Virus record (IMG/VR): IMGVR_UViG_3300026549_000030 | Location: 1-64,000 of that record | DNA from: a virus | Lineage: Duplodnaviria; Caudoviricetes | Direction: 5' to 3' (one strand) | Length of the DNA stretch: 64,000 nt | Shown: one piece after another, positions 36,201 through 43,868 of the stretch | Layout: every line of letters starts with the position of its first letter | Numbering within the stretch: the stretch's first letter is position 1 | Made by a program: the position numbers and the translations under genes | Notes under the pieces: model-generated | Told to the model about the DNA's origin: nothing | The model's database searches: none | Seen by the model: the letters and a program-made list of their open reading frames with translations, nothing else

Positions 36201-38187
36201 CTGTTGTTAACGTTTTTCCATTAATTTGATACTCATCAATATCAAGTATGGTGTGCCCGCTATTAACGGTTACAATAGTGAACTTCTCTACTGTCGTATT
36301 TAGAATCCAATCATTTCCTAGTGAAATTGTGCAGGTATCATTTGAAGAATGTGTACTTATTGAGCCTTCTCCATCCTTTCCATCTTTACCGTCTTTCACA
36401 TATGGAACAGTTTCCCTATCTATAATAGCGTTATTATGTATAAGATAGAATACTATGCCGCCTTCTGAGAACGCTCCAACTTTTACTCCCGTAGAAGGAT
36501 AGTCAATCATGTTTCCTGTAATACTTGAATATGGCGTAACGCCGGTACTATACTTAATAGTCCAACTACTTCCCGTTAACTCAGTACTACCGGCATATGC
36601 AACGCATGTAACCGCCGTTGTTACTGCAGTTAATCCATCGTCTGAGAACGAAACCATATCTACGGAAGGAAAAAGCCTATAAACTTCGCCATCTTCTCCC
36701 GTATGAACACCAACAATCGTATATCCAAGTGTAGTTGTGAAATCCCCATATACAATCTCAACCTGATAGTTCTTCCTTAGGCTGTTTGCTGGATTAAACT
36801 GTGTTCCGGCAGCTAAAGACAGCGTAATTTCAATACCCTTATTATCAGCCGTAACTGCTGAACTCCAACTTTCGTGCGTTGGATCACCAATCCCCGTCAA
36901 GTTAACTGATTGTGGCTTATACTTCTCTGTTCCGAATATAATATAAGCTGTTGTTTTGAAATCAACTGCAACATCAAGAGTATCGTCATCGCCGATTGAA
37001 ACTCCGTCCATTTCGTTTGTTAAATCAGCGATTATAAGAGAACCATCTTTTCCGTTTTCACCCTTTATTCTTGAAATTTTCCAATCCGGCTTATTTTCTT
37101 CGTTCAAAACATATGCGCCGCCAACAACTTTACATTCTGCAAGCCATACGGCGTTATTCTGAGGATTATCATACCATCCGTTGTCGTCAGGATTTAAATG
37201 TGCAACACCCGGTGCATCGTCCCTAGGCGAGGTTCTTAATGGCTTTGGCACATTTTCACATGTGTATTCTGTGTATCCACTATTCCATTCCCTGTCGATA
37301 TCTTCGCTATCGGCTGCAATAGTTGGCTTTGTCCAAGCCCATTCACTCTCCTTATTTGGAACCACATGTTCATTCTTAGAAAATTTTCTTGAAGACATCC
37401 ATATAACAGCTTCCGTATTACCATTTGTATCAGCAGAAGGAATACCATCATACCAATCAGAAGGAGAAGAAGGCACCGGCGCATAATATGTACCGCCTTC
37501 GCCCCTCCTTATTGCCTCATATAACGCCTGCCATTCTGCATTAATGGCTTCTTCATTTCCAAATAATGCGTTACTTCTTTTAAAAATCGTTGAACGATAA
37601 TCTGGTGAGGTTCCTGGTAAACCATCCTCACCGGCCGGACCCCTTGCGCCAGTTGGACCCTGAGGGCCCTGAGGACCACGCGGTCCCTGTCCGCCGCCGT
37701 CCTGTCCGTCTCTACCATTATCTCCCTTGTCTCCCTTCTCAACATACAAGTCATAATGGACAATCCATTGCCCGCTTGGAGTCTGCTCGTTGTTAACAAA
37801 AACAACCTTTGAGCCTTCCCCATATTCTACAGTATATGTGTGATCAAACACAATCATAGGGCAAAGGATTTCGCCCGTAGTAGCGTCAACGCAAGCGGAG
37901 TTCTCAATATTGAAGAAAGTGTCACAATCTGAGAATCTTGCGGTTCTTCCTGTGCTGTTGATAAACGTCATCATTGAGTTGAACGCCGTACAGTAGGCGC
38001 TCCTTGTCTTCGGAACTCTCGGTTCAATATTGCTGTCTATCACAGGCTCCGCTGACGTACCATAGCCAGTTTGCCCCGGATAGAGTCTCTTCTGAGTGTC
38101 TGAATCGTAGATAAAAGGATTATTTCCGCTTTCATTTATGATGTAAGCGTACTCCTTAGCATTGAGCTTCCATTTAAACGTTGACAT
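30223..38187 (-). CDS. Giant tail fibre / receptor-binding protein with a collagen hinge and repeated Ig-like modules
   Basis: Short G-X-Y stretch near the N-terminus; five repeats of (L.NE..IG.G.D..L) plus (G.DG..Y.L.PS...D.ET.P...DG.DG). Confidence 0.8.
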   Translation of the reverse strand: MSTFKWKLNAKEYAYIINESGNNPFIYDSDTQKRLYPGQTGYGTSAEPVIDSNIEPRVPKTRSAYCTAFNSMMTFINSTGRTARFSDCDTFFNIENSACVDATTGEILCPMIVFDHTYTVEYGEGSKVVFVNNEQTPSGQWIVHYDLYVEKGDKGDNGRDGQDGGGQGPRGPQGPQGPTGARGPAGEDGLPGTSPDYRSTIFKRSNALFGNEEAINAEWQALYEAIRRGEGGTYYAPVPSSPSDWYDGIPSADTNGNTEAVIWMSSRKFSKNEHVVPNKESEWAWTKPTIAADSEDIDREWNSGYTEYTCENVPKPLRTSPRDDAPGVAHLNPDDNGWYDNPQNNAVWLAECKVVGGAYVLNEENKPDWKISRIKGENGKDGSLIIADLTNEMDGVSIGDDDTLDVAVDFKTTAYIIFGTEKYKPQSVNLTGIGDPTHESWSSAVTADNKGIEITLSLAAGTQFNPANSLRKNYQVEIVYGDFTTTLGYTIVGVHTGEDGEVYRLFPSVDMVSFSDDGLTAVTTAVTCVAYAGSTELTGSSWTIKYSTGVTPYSSITGNMIDYPSTGVKVGAFSEGGIVFYLIHNNAIIDRETVPYVKDGKDGKDGEGSISTHSSNDTCTISLGNDWILNTTVEKFTIVTVNSGHTILDIDEYQINGKTLTTGHTSDTIVDGGRTINIGVVFSGTNMNKITFEVVSGASFEYDQTIEFVITPKKDGVAIPAAVFEITGVQGGEDGAEFELITSTDVILYNPNTGTIDTGSADKTSLIVEPFYNEQKLLGLISAGTYFSEARIYVSTGVTYTDVDDITGSTLLIWNSETATENKAEFDLTDMANYQQYLLNPQYVVFYLVTKYIGATDWMIPVSDRETILIQKDGKDGAGYSVMELDNEIEPIGVGDDLMFESATTAVTSFMIYNGTEPLYVRNLSDDVTVVGYGASAAGNTGQNDGTDALIGNDTIKIVKNYKTSRDHLSGVKIQIGLNATAQNKISFYDKTEHRQFLISVTGYTQSSGGEAFPMSKVFTVVGLKEGKDGQVFKIVPSADVISVNNGGEASIDCMTCSVYNGSGEVSGGRDNILVSKDDTIYTAQGLTDGLTGGTVFRYNDIATASTSSCGTAIDLTDDNTGNLIIDNCITFYYVAFNGNTVTTIIDRETVPVIYDGADGAGSITLDLSNEVEAIGIGGNGTLDSDVTASTMVRMFYGTEAVSIDTITISAYSGNSDYTNTQALINDNKIVLVSGYTASTKTAEVKIVLKGENNHIDFRGDYAIKHIQVNVNGTSHPMSKVFTITGLESGEDGVVTRLVPSDDFIKVYYSNSTDKFINVNKITCLAIEGVSEADNKNIWVSFDIVYNSYNELTANSGTTFKTFTWIDNGTQISYTFKKSMPYSASTGNYATEACGYIPLSGNTVGNQFLVASSITFYYVLSNTIVDKETVPVLYDGRDGAGSIAIDLENEHDTIGLGNDDVLDVAFTASTGTISLYSGTTALTISSVNIYSGDSQIQYIYDNNHDKVATAATVNNNQVEIRFPAGFAFNQVKHYEIKVEAVSSGGDSRSAIYTITGVPSGKDGEVYRLVPSVGIVKFDKETHKPFGENTFVLSATTWSGYDEQLTTGDTTVKYNFGVEPTPSGTLTVAQTANTTTWIISLTSADYNKKNLIVYMFSGSTLLDFETIPLVSDGEDGNDAMVLTIDPENSFIPVGSDGILDLPSSVTGYTGCTTEISLRKGDTKVNLSVSNVKLFNTSFSGGVITGVNGNNKLDCSATTANSSVTLTFIARDGINIDNPIDVDINVTYDSVNYYAKYSINGNKGQKDPSFLYLTPDNAVITTNDSGSPLQTEVITGTVRFESDPQVTFSASVPVVFNVSAVSSTYQEFGYGTGVTFNGTYNANVCTFNIRVDSTYRFNGAIDIPVKVNYDNILYQQNLRISSVPKGADGRPGENGRGKMLYPAGAYSSGETYITTETLAPYVSYERTTVENGVQNTVKEYWFLDSDGPYPYSSHNITPDVNTHWTKFDSFKALYTEILISDYGDIGDAVFYGEFMFSKEGIYRKNIPSSTAYTQSNSFKLFLKANSGGTAEIDDVSIPNILLKSAFVPNFFVNFNTGEVYSSMLTVPGRFSQPFKRLDMDSEYIWDDDAPTVMSPEDVVAINDNVYFSANTGFIGGGQNSLTLPSDNRQVGRRITLVYNERGKDGNNYNSTAIKIDNNSAYFFEDGIPKRRLVISNEVIELLGFGEPDYGKFYGWIVLSRTNMMTQKRYGHESRTLMFGSTVYVANSTYTGLTMTDLHVFDATSVVSGVTAVSTPDTNLHFVRFKAGVYRLYYPRLWVSDTDRFVSVTPRSTQGCISGATYNNYALKAVPFVSIIENNASGVTFICSRMSGDTTTFYDTEFDFKIESPGDWFFFKGINSNGDGGDATNVTISVSNSTIKSYTLNGSGSGLVIGGNSSVLLTASGETERTELHTYGDGSTQTVTGVSVTSFNAEALALSATTNISGMLIQGRQVTVPMNPSATSRQISIMLYDTQFSAASDRRTITITQSGNTNMGDVFVYLGEGQYTCTGRQSEDLEWKIRINDEVGKIIASNAISIGYGSSGAWGYDSVSSDQYFFGSGSTLGYGTRVGIWYEYVVRDGGGNVLTVNSGTESITIPQPIAGQDQTVFVCPPNITI

Positions 38188-38196
38188 AATATGTGT

Positions 38197-41163
38197 TTAG
38201 TTTTCGAATTTTATTTCTAATATTGAGGTTGATGGCACAACCTGCATTAAGTACGGCATAACCGTTTTCTTGATATATTCCTGTTCCGGCTCGCTGTCGG
38301 TTCTGAACGTTATAATCAAATTTTTTCTGTTTACGACGGACGGTTCCGCATAAATCGTATTGTTGTCGCTGTTTCCGCCATTGCTTCCGCGAACGTCACT
38401 CGGCTTAATGCCGTTGTAGTTAAATCCTTCTACATATGACATTTGCACGCCCAAATAATCTCCTTTATAGTCCAGCTTAAGCCATATTTTCCCATCAGAT
38501 GCATATTTTTCGTACTTATTTGTCTGTTCATTAAGGATATAATAAGCATCGCCAATATTTTCTTCAGATGCAATAACCCCTTCACCCGCGCCTTCTCCGT
38601 AGATAGTGGTCCCATCTTCACTTATTCCAGTCGCAACGCCTTTATCTTCCATAAGGTAAAGTTTCTGCTGATTCAGACTATCGACGTCATATTGAGACTT
38701 ATCATAGAAATACCAACATTTCTTATTGTCAATAGCCGGCTCGGAAATATTGAATCCCTGATTTCTAATTTCAGGAATTATTTCTCCGCTCGTACAATCA
38801 TAGGCGTTATCTCTAAATACTTCATCCTCGATTGAACCTTTGAATATTTGTTTCAAATATTCGAAGAATTCTGCTCCGTCGTCATAATTATCAAATCCAA
38901 CGTGAGGGTTGTTTCCGCGATATTCGTCAATTATCTTCTCGAGATACTCAACGTGTGCCTTCGCTGCTGGCTCTGTAACAGGAAGCCAACCGTCACCGCC
39001 GATTTTGTCCAAATTTTCGACGTTTTTCAAAACAAAATAATTTGTCGGCTGCGTGCTTCCGAAATATTCTGAGAAATCTGAAATATCTGATACGTAACAA
39101 ATTGTACCGTTCTTACTTTCGTGAATATTACCAGGAAGAAGATTCTTCAATCCACCTATTGTCTCAGAAAGACTAAGATAGTTAATTGTCTCCGAATATT
39201 CTCCGCCTGCAATCTTTCCCCATCCGCCTTTCATTTGGAAATATGGGTTTCCGTCCATATCCTCAGCCGCGACGAACCAAGGAATTATCGTCTTCCAAAG
39301 CTGCTCTGTCTTTGAGTAGTACTTGTTTCCAACCTTAATCATTTGTGGGTCGGATTCCGTAGCGAACTGCGGAACGCTGGACATACTAACGGGGCTGTAA
39401 TTGCTGTTCGCAGCTATTTCATCGTAAACGTATCTTGGATAATAAAACACACTGACGGGAAGTCTCTCAACAGTATTATAATCAACCCCCTCAGGTGCGT
39501 CCGTCTCCAAACTGTCCCTGTATGCACCATATTTCTCTGCCGCGAGTTCGTCGCTTGCTGAGCAGTGCGTGGTTCCTACACTCTTAACCGTTGCGATTGC
39601 AATTTGCTCGTCAATACTGTAATCACCTTCGCCCGTTCCCTTAAATTCGTCTGAATGATAGCCGAAAAGCCCGAGAATCATTTCAATACCATAGCGGGTT
39701 CCCTTTCTTGAGAAAATTTGTCTGGTATTAATTTTTAAATTGTTAAGGAACTTTACATTCGCGTCAACGACGCCGTAATCCTCGTTTGATTCGTGAGAAG
39801 GAATCGTTGCATTGCTGTCGAGCGTATATACAGAACTGCTTACTTCCCACCCAGACAATCCGAGCGTATCGCTAAGGAAATAATCCGGAAGATTACCCTG
39901 CTGACTGTATGTTATCTTATTCGTCGCACGAACATTATCAATGTAGCGCTTGAGTTCGTCGAAAAGTCTTCCGTAAGCCCATAGAAGCCCCTGAACCTTC
40001 GTCGTTCCCTCATTATAATCGGAAGAATCCTCGTCACTGTCTGAGCGTGAGAACGTGATATCCATATTCTTGATAGAATCGTGCGTCATCATTCTCCAAA
40101 GATTATCCGTACGATAACTGTCATAGAAATCTGCAAGCGTCAATAAGTCATTGATATACTCTGTATATCTTACGGAAGAAATATCCAAGTTCCAATCGTC
40201 GTCAACTGGCCAGGTAAAACGTTTCTTGTATGTTTCAATACCGCGCATTGTCTCGTGCGGGAAATCAAGTGTAGCCGTGTACTTCGGATTGCTTGTTCTG
40301 TTAAGAAGGAGTTTCTCGAAGTCGTCAAGACTGTTGAAGAAAATTTCCAACTCTTCCTCAGAAGGGCGAACCCTGAAATTTTTCCTACTTGTAATGTAAT
40401 ATGGCTCTCCGTTAAACGTGAATCGTATAACATAGGCAGGAGTTCCGTCAACGTCTATGGATATAATCTTATCCCACGTTCCGTCCATTCCGCAGTAGTC
40501 TGGATTGTAGCAAACATTGTCAAATGAATCTACACAACCCTCCGCCTCTCCATTTAAGGTAATCAAATATCTTGAATAAGAAGTTTGGAAGTGTCTTAAC
40601 GGATTTGTTACGCTACTTTGGTTAATATTGCTTGAAAAGAAGTCGATTTCGAACGGATTATTGAATACATACCACTTCGGAACACCGATACAACAGGCAA
40701 CGCCTATCATTTCATAGGTTATGAACGTTTCCTCGTCTGTTGAATAAGCCTCTGCGGGAAAATTTTCGATAATATGCTTCACGGTTGACTTGATAAGTTC
40801 CGTACAGCTTCCGTAATACGCGTAACTTAGAAGAGTGGTGTTGTCGCTCTTTATGACGATTTCACCCTCGCTTCCTGCCTGTCCCTGAGAGGCACCTTCG
40901 CTGAGCGTCCAAGTGTCTGTCTCGCCACCGCTCGCCGTATGCTTAAGATATTCTCCGAACTTGTGCGCCCTACTACCTGTCTTGGCGTTGTTGAACGCCA
41001 TTTTGAAGTTGTTTTCCCCGTGAGCGAATACGCCGTCGTTCCAACCGCTAAGGTTGGTTGTGGTCATAAAGTCCCTTTCATAAATCTGCCCATTAGGGGC
41101 GTTTTTATGAAATTCCTTAAGCGTATAATTGCTTCTTGTGACTGTATATCCGTTCTTCACCAT
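38197..41163 (-). CDS. Baseplate wedge protein (P2 gpI / T4 gp7-like)
   Basis: YGRLFDELKRYID...LPD..L...LG..GW...FSRKGTRYGIEMIL.LFG motif. Confidence 0.65.
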   Translation of the reverse strand: MVKNGYTVTRSNYTLKEFHKNAPNGQIYERDFMTTTNLSGWNDGVFAHGENNFKMAFNNAKTGSRAHKFGEYLKHTASGGETDTWTLSEGASQGQAGSEGEIVIKSDNTTLLSYAYYGSCTELIKSTVKHIIENFPAEAYSTDEETFITYEMIGVACCIGVPKWYVFNNPFEIDFFSSNINQSSVTNPLRHFQTSYSRYLITLNGEAEGCVDSFDNVCYNPDYCGMDGTWDKIISIDVDGTPAYVIRFTFNGEPYYITSRKNFRVRPSEEELEIFFNSLDDFEKLLLNRTSNPKYTATLDFPHETMRGIETYKKRFTWPVDDDWNLDISSVRYTEYINDLLTLADFYDSYRTDNLWRMMTHDSIKNMDITFSRSDSDEDSSDYNEGTTKVQGLLWAYGRLFDELKRYIDNVRATNKITYSQQGNLPDYFLSDTLGLSGWEVSSSVYTLDSNATIPSHESNEDYGVVDANVKFLNNLKINTRQIFSRKGTRYGIEMILGLFGYHSDEFKGTGEGDYSIDEQIAIATVKSVGTTHCSASDELAAEKYGAYRDSLETDAPEGVDYNTVERLPVSVFYYPRYVYDEIAANSNYSPVSMSSVPQFATESDPQMIKVGNKYYSKTEQLWKTIIPWFVAAEDMDGNPYFQMKGGWGKIAGGEYSETINYLSLSETIGGLKNLLPGNIHESKNGTICYVSDISDFSEYFGSTQPTNYFVLKNVENLDKIGGDGWLPVTEPAAKAHVEYLEKIIDEYRGNNPHVGFDNYDDGAEFFEYLKQIFKGSIEDEVFRDNAYDCTSGEIIPEIRNQGFNISEPAIDNKKCWYFYDKSQYDVDSLNQQKLYLMEDKGVATGISEDGTTIYGEGAGEGVIASEENIGDAYYILNEQTNKYEKYASDGKIWLKLDYKGDYLGVQMSYVEGFNYNGIKPSDVRGSNGGNSDNNTIYAEPSVVNRKNLIITFRTDSEPEQEYIKKTVMPYLMQVVPSTSILEIKFEN

Positions 41164-41164
41164 A

Positions 41165-42085
41165 TTAGTACACGTTCTCTATAACGTCCTTAAGCTTCTT
41201 TTCTTCTCCGTAATCAACATTTTCAGTCTTTGGAAGCTTGAAATCATAATGTACACCCTCGTTCGGGTTAACAATGTTGCCATAATCAGCCTGGTGGTAA
41301 ACACTGCCGTCCTTGTTGAAGGTAGTAATCGTTCCTTTGTCGAGATTTCTAAGCTGCGTTCCCTCGAGCATTGTAGAAACAGTCTCAATATCGTGCTCAA
41401 CCATTTCAATTTCCAATGCAATTGGGTTAAATTTCGTGTTGATAAGAGCAATTTTCTGATTTGTCTGCCCGATTCCGGGAAGACTGTTGCTCTTGAATGA
41501 CAATGAGGAACTTGGAGTGAGCGTACAGAAGATAAGACTGCTTGAATCGTTGAACCTGTACCTGATTCCTTTCTGAGAAGTGTCATTAAGGTTCTGCGCA
41601 ACGGGCTCGCACCTGTTATTTGAGGTTATAATCCTGTAATCTCCCGTCCTTGTAACGCCGTCCTCGCCGAAATACTCTACACGGTACCCTACAAGGTTTC
41701 CGTTATTTGTAATTTCCGCGTCGGTAATCGTTGTTGCGTCCAATACAATACCGCGGACGTTTGACATAGCCGCAAGACGGCAGTCTCCGTCAAGAATCTT
41801 TGTAAAAATTTCCTTTGGTTTTATATAAATTGTATAAATTCCGACTTTTCCGAATACGTCAAGCGGAAGCCTTAGATTGTACATTCCGGGAAGCGTAAGA
41901 ACAGGCTTGTCAGCCACAGCGGAATACTCTCCTGTCACTTCTGATAGGAGATTGCTGCTCAACTGCTTGAAGCTATTGAAATCAGCCGCCTCTGTACTAT
42001 ATGAGGGGCGGTAATGATAAAAAATATCTACATCGGCTGCAGTAATCTGCGCAGGCCTTTTTGTTCCGTAAGTTCCGTTTGCCAT
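41165..42085 (-). CDS. Virion structural protein
   Basis: Inside the baseplate block with its own TATTTATA (42093-42100). Confidence 0.6.
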   Translation of the reverse strand: MANGTYGTKRPAQITAADVDIFYHYRPSYSTEAADFNSFKQLSSNLLSEVTGEYSAVADKPVLTLPGMYNLRLPLDVFGKVGIYTIYIKPKEIFTKILDGDCRLAAMSNVRGIVLDATTITDAEITNNGNLVGYRVEYFGEDGVTRTGDYRIITSNNRCEPVAQNLNDTSQKGIRYRFNDSSSLIFCTLTPSSSLSFKSNSLPGIGQTNQKIALINTKFNPIALEIEMVEHDIETVSTMLEGTQLRNLDKGTITTFNKDGSVYHQADYGNIVNPNEGVHYDFKLPKTENVDYGEEKKLKDVIENVY

Positions 42086-42107
42086 AATTACTTATAAATA
42101 GTTTGTC

Positions 42108-43868
42108 TTATCTGTTTTCGTCGTCTATGATTTCAAAAAATCCGTTCTTGTACTTCACCAAATCGTCAAGTGAAGTTATTTCTCCAAGGATTGAGTGTCT
42201 TTCATAGGCTGCTGAGGTTCCGCGCTCTATTCTAACGTTGTCGGCGCTTACTGACATATCCTGTATTCCGAACAGCGATTCCTCCTTGAAATACGGTACA
42301 TCCTGCGATTCTGTTCCCGTCCTTTCTATCGTCGCGCTGAAATCAGCATACATTCTATCTGCATATAATCTACGTGCGCTGTAATCAATATCAAGATAGT
42401 AGAATAACTTCTGACTTGGTTCGCTCTCCATTGTTACGTCAAAATATCCGTAAGTCTCACGATATGGATAAACCTCCGTATATTCAACTATATTCTGCCC
42501 TTCACCCTTATCAATATAATAGAATGTTATCTCTTCGTCCGTCCTTGAACTACTACAAATGTATGGAACGGCTGTTTCGTAGAAGATTTCGCCGTTGATT
42601 GTTCCACCCTGCTTCAATTCTCCTCTATTATTATACAATAGGCTGAACGGCATTTGCTCGCCGTTATCGTCTACGTCCGCGTTCTTGTAGTTGCTGAGTT
42701 TGCTTTCGGTAATTCCCGTTATGCCGCTTATGAGTGAAGAATCGTTCTCCTTCTCCCAATACTCGCTTCCTTCCGCCGGCGGATTGACGTCATAATATCC
42801 CTTCACAAAATACTTCTCATTTCCGTCCGTCTTTACGTATGTAATATCAGGATTTTGTAGAACTGCGGCGTCACTTCGGTATGCTTTGTAAATATCGTCG
42901 TCAGGATCTGAAATCCTTTCTTCAATGAACTCGCTCAGTGTCGTTGGAACAGGAACCTCGAGAACTGCATATCCCTTTTTAAGCGTCCATACGATTCCGT
43001 CTGAATCGCTAACCTTGTCTCCGACAATATACTTTCTGCCGGGAACCCAATCTGAAGCAACGGAAGTGAAAATTCCCATATCCTCATTCTCACTTTCAAT
43101 ATAGAATATAATTGGAATGAAACCCTCCATTCCGCTTGTCGCTTTCTTTCTATATTCTGCAAATTGAATGAAGTTCTTAGCCCTGTTAAGCGCAGGTAAA
43201 TTTCCGTTGTCAGTGTCAAGTTTAAAATATGAAATGAAATCAGCGAAATTGCCGTTAACCCAGAAATAATCACCGACACATATTCCGTTTACGATATTTC
43301 TGTTATTGGTATTATCGTTATATCTTACTTTTCCGCCGAATGAAACCTCAAATCCCGAAACAGTCCAATTTTCACATTCAGGACTCTCATTATAATAAGT
43401 GTTTCCGCTATCGTCCCGCACTGTTTCAAGGCACGCGCCTTTCACATAAGGAACGGTTGTAGAGAATATAAACTCACTTGGGCTCTCCAAGAAATCCTCT
43501 ATCGGAATTTCAACCATTTTCCTTCCCGTGCCCCTCGCACAGAACTGGAATATCCTTGAACTCCTGAAAAATTCATTAATGTAGGTAATGATATTCATCA
43601 TAGTACGATACCTTAGCACAACTCTTTCCATTGCACCCTTTGAGATATCGTCATAATACCTTTCCTCGTTGTTCCTGAACCTTATAAGCCCGTCTTCTGC
43701 TCCGTTGGAAACACCTGCCTTGACAACCGGCAGATTGTCATAAATCTCCTCGGGAACAAGTCTGTTATTTTCAAGAATAATGTCATCAGCGAGTCCGCTC
43801 GCCGATGTCTGTTTCACAAATCTATTCTTGAATTGCTCGAGGCTTACTTTTCTTACTATTGTTTTCAT
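42108..43868 (-). CDS. Virion structural protein
   Basis: Operon context; internal W.PG..Y.VGDKV carbohydrate-binding-like motif. Confidence 0.6.
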   Translation of the reverse strand: MKTIVRKVSLEQFKNRFVKQTSASGLADDIILENNRLVPEEIYDNLPVVKAGVSNGAEDGLIRFRNNEERYYDDISKGAMERVVLRYRTMMNIITYINEFFRSSRIFQFCARGTGRKMVEIPIEDFLESPSEFIFSTTVPYVKGACLETVRDDSGNTYYNESPECENWTVSGFEVSFGGKVRYNDNTNNRNIVNGICVGDYFWVNGNFADFISYFKLDTDNGNLPALNRAKNFIQFAEYRKKATSGMEGFIPIIFYIESENEDMGIFTSVASDWVPGRKYIVGDKVSDSDGIVWTLKKGYAVLEVPVPTTLSEFIEERISDPDDDIYKAYRSDAAVLQNPDITYVKTDGNEKYFVKGYYDVNPPAEGSEYWEKENDSSLISGITGITESKLSNYKNADVDDNGEQMPFSLLYNNRGELKQGGTINGEIFYETAVPYICSSSRTDEEITFYYIDKGEGQNIVEYTEVYPYRETYGYFDVTMESEPSQKLFYYLDIDYSARRLYADRMYADFSATIERTGTESQDVPYFKEESLFGIQDMSVSADNVRIERGTSAAYERHSILGEITSLDDLVKYKNGFFEIIDDENR

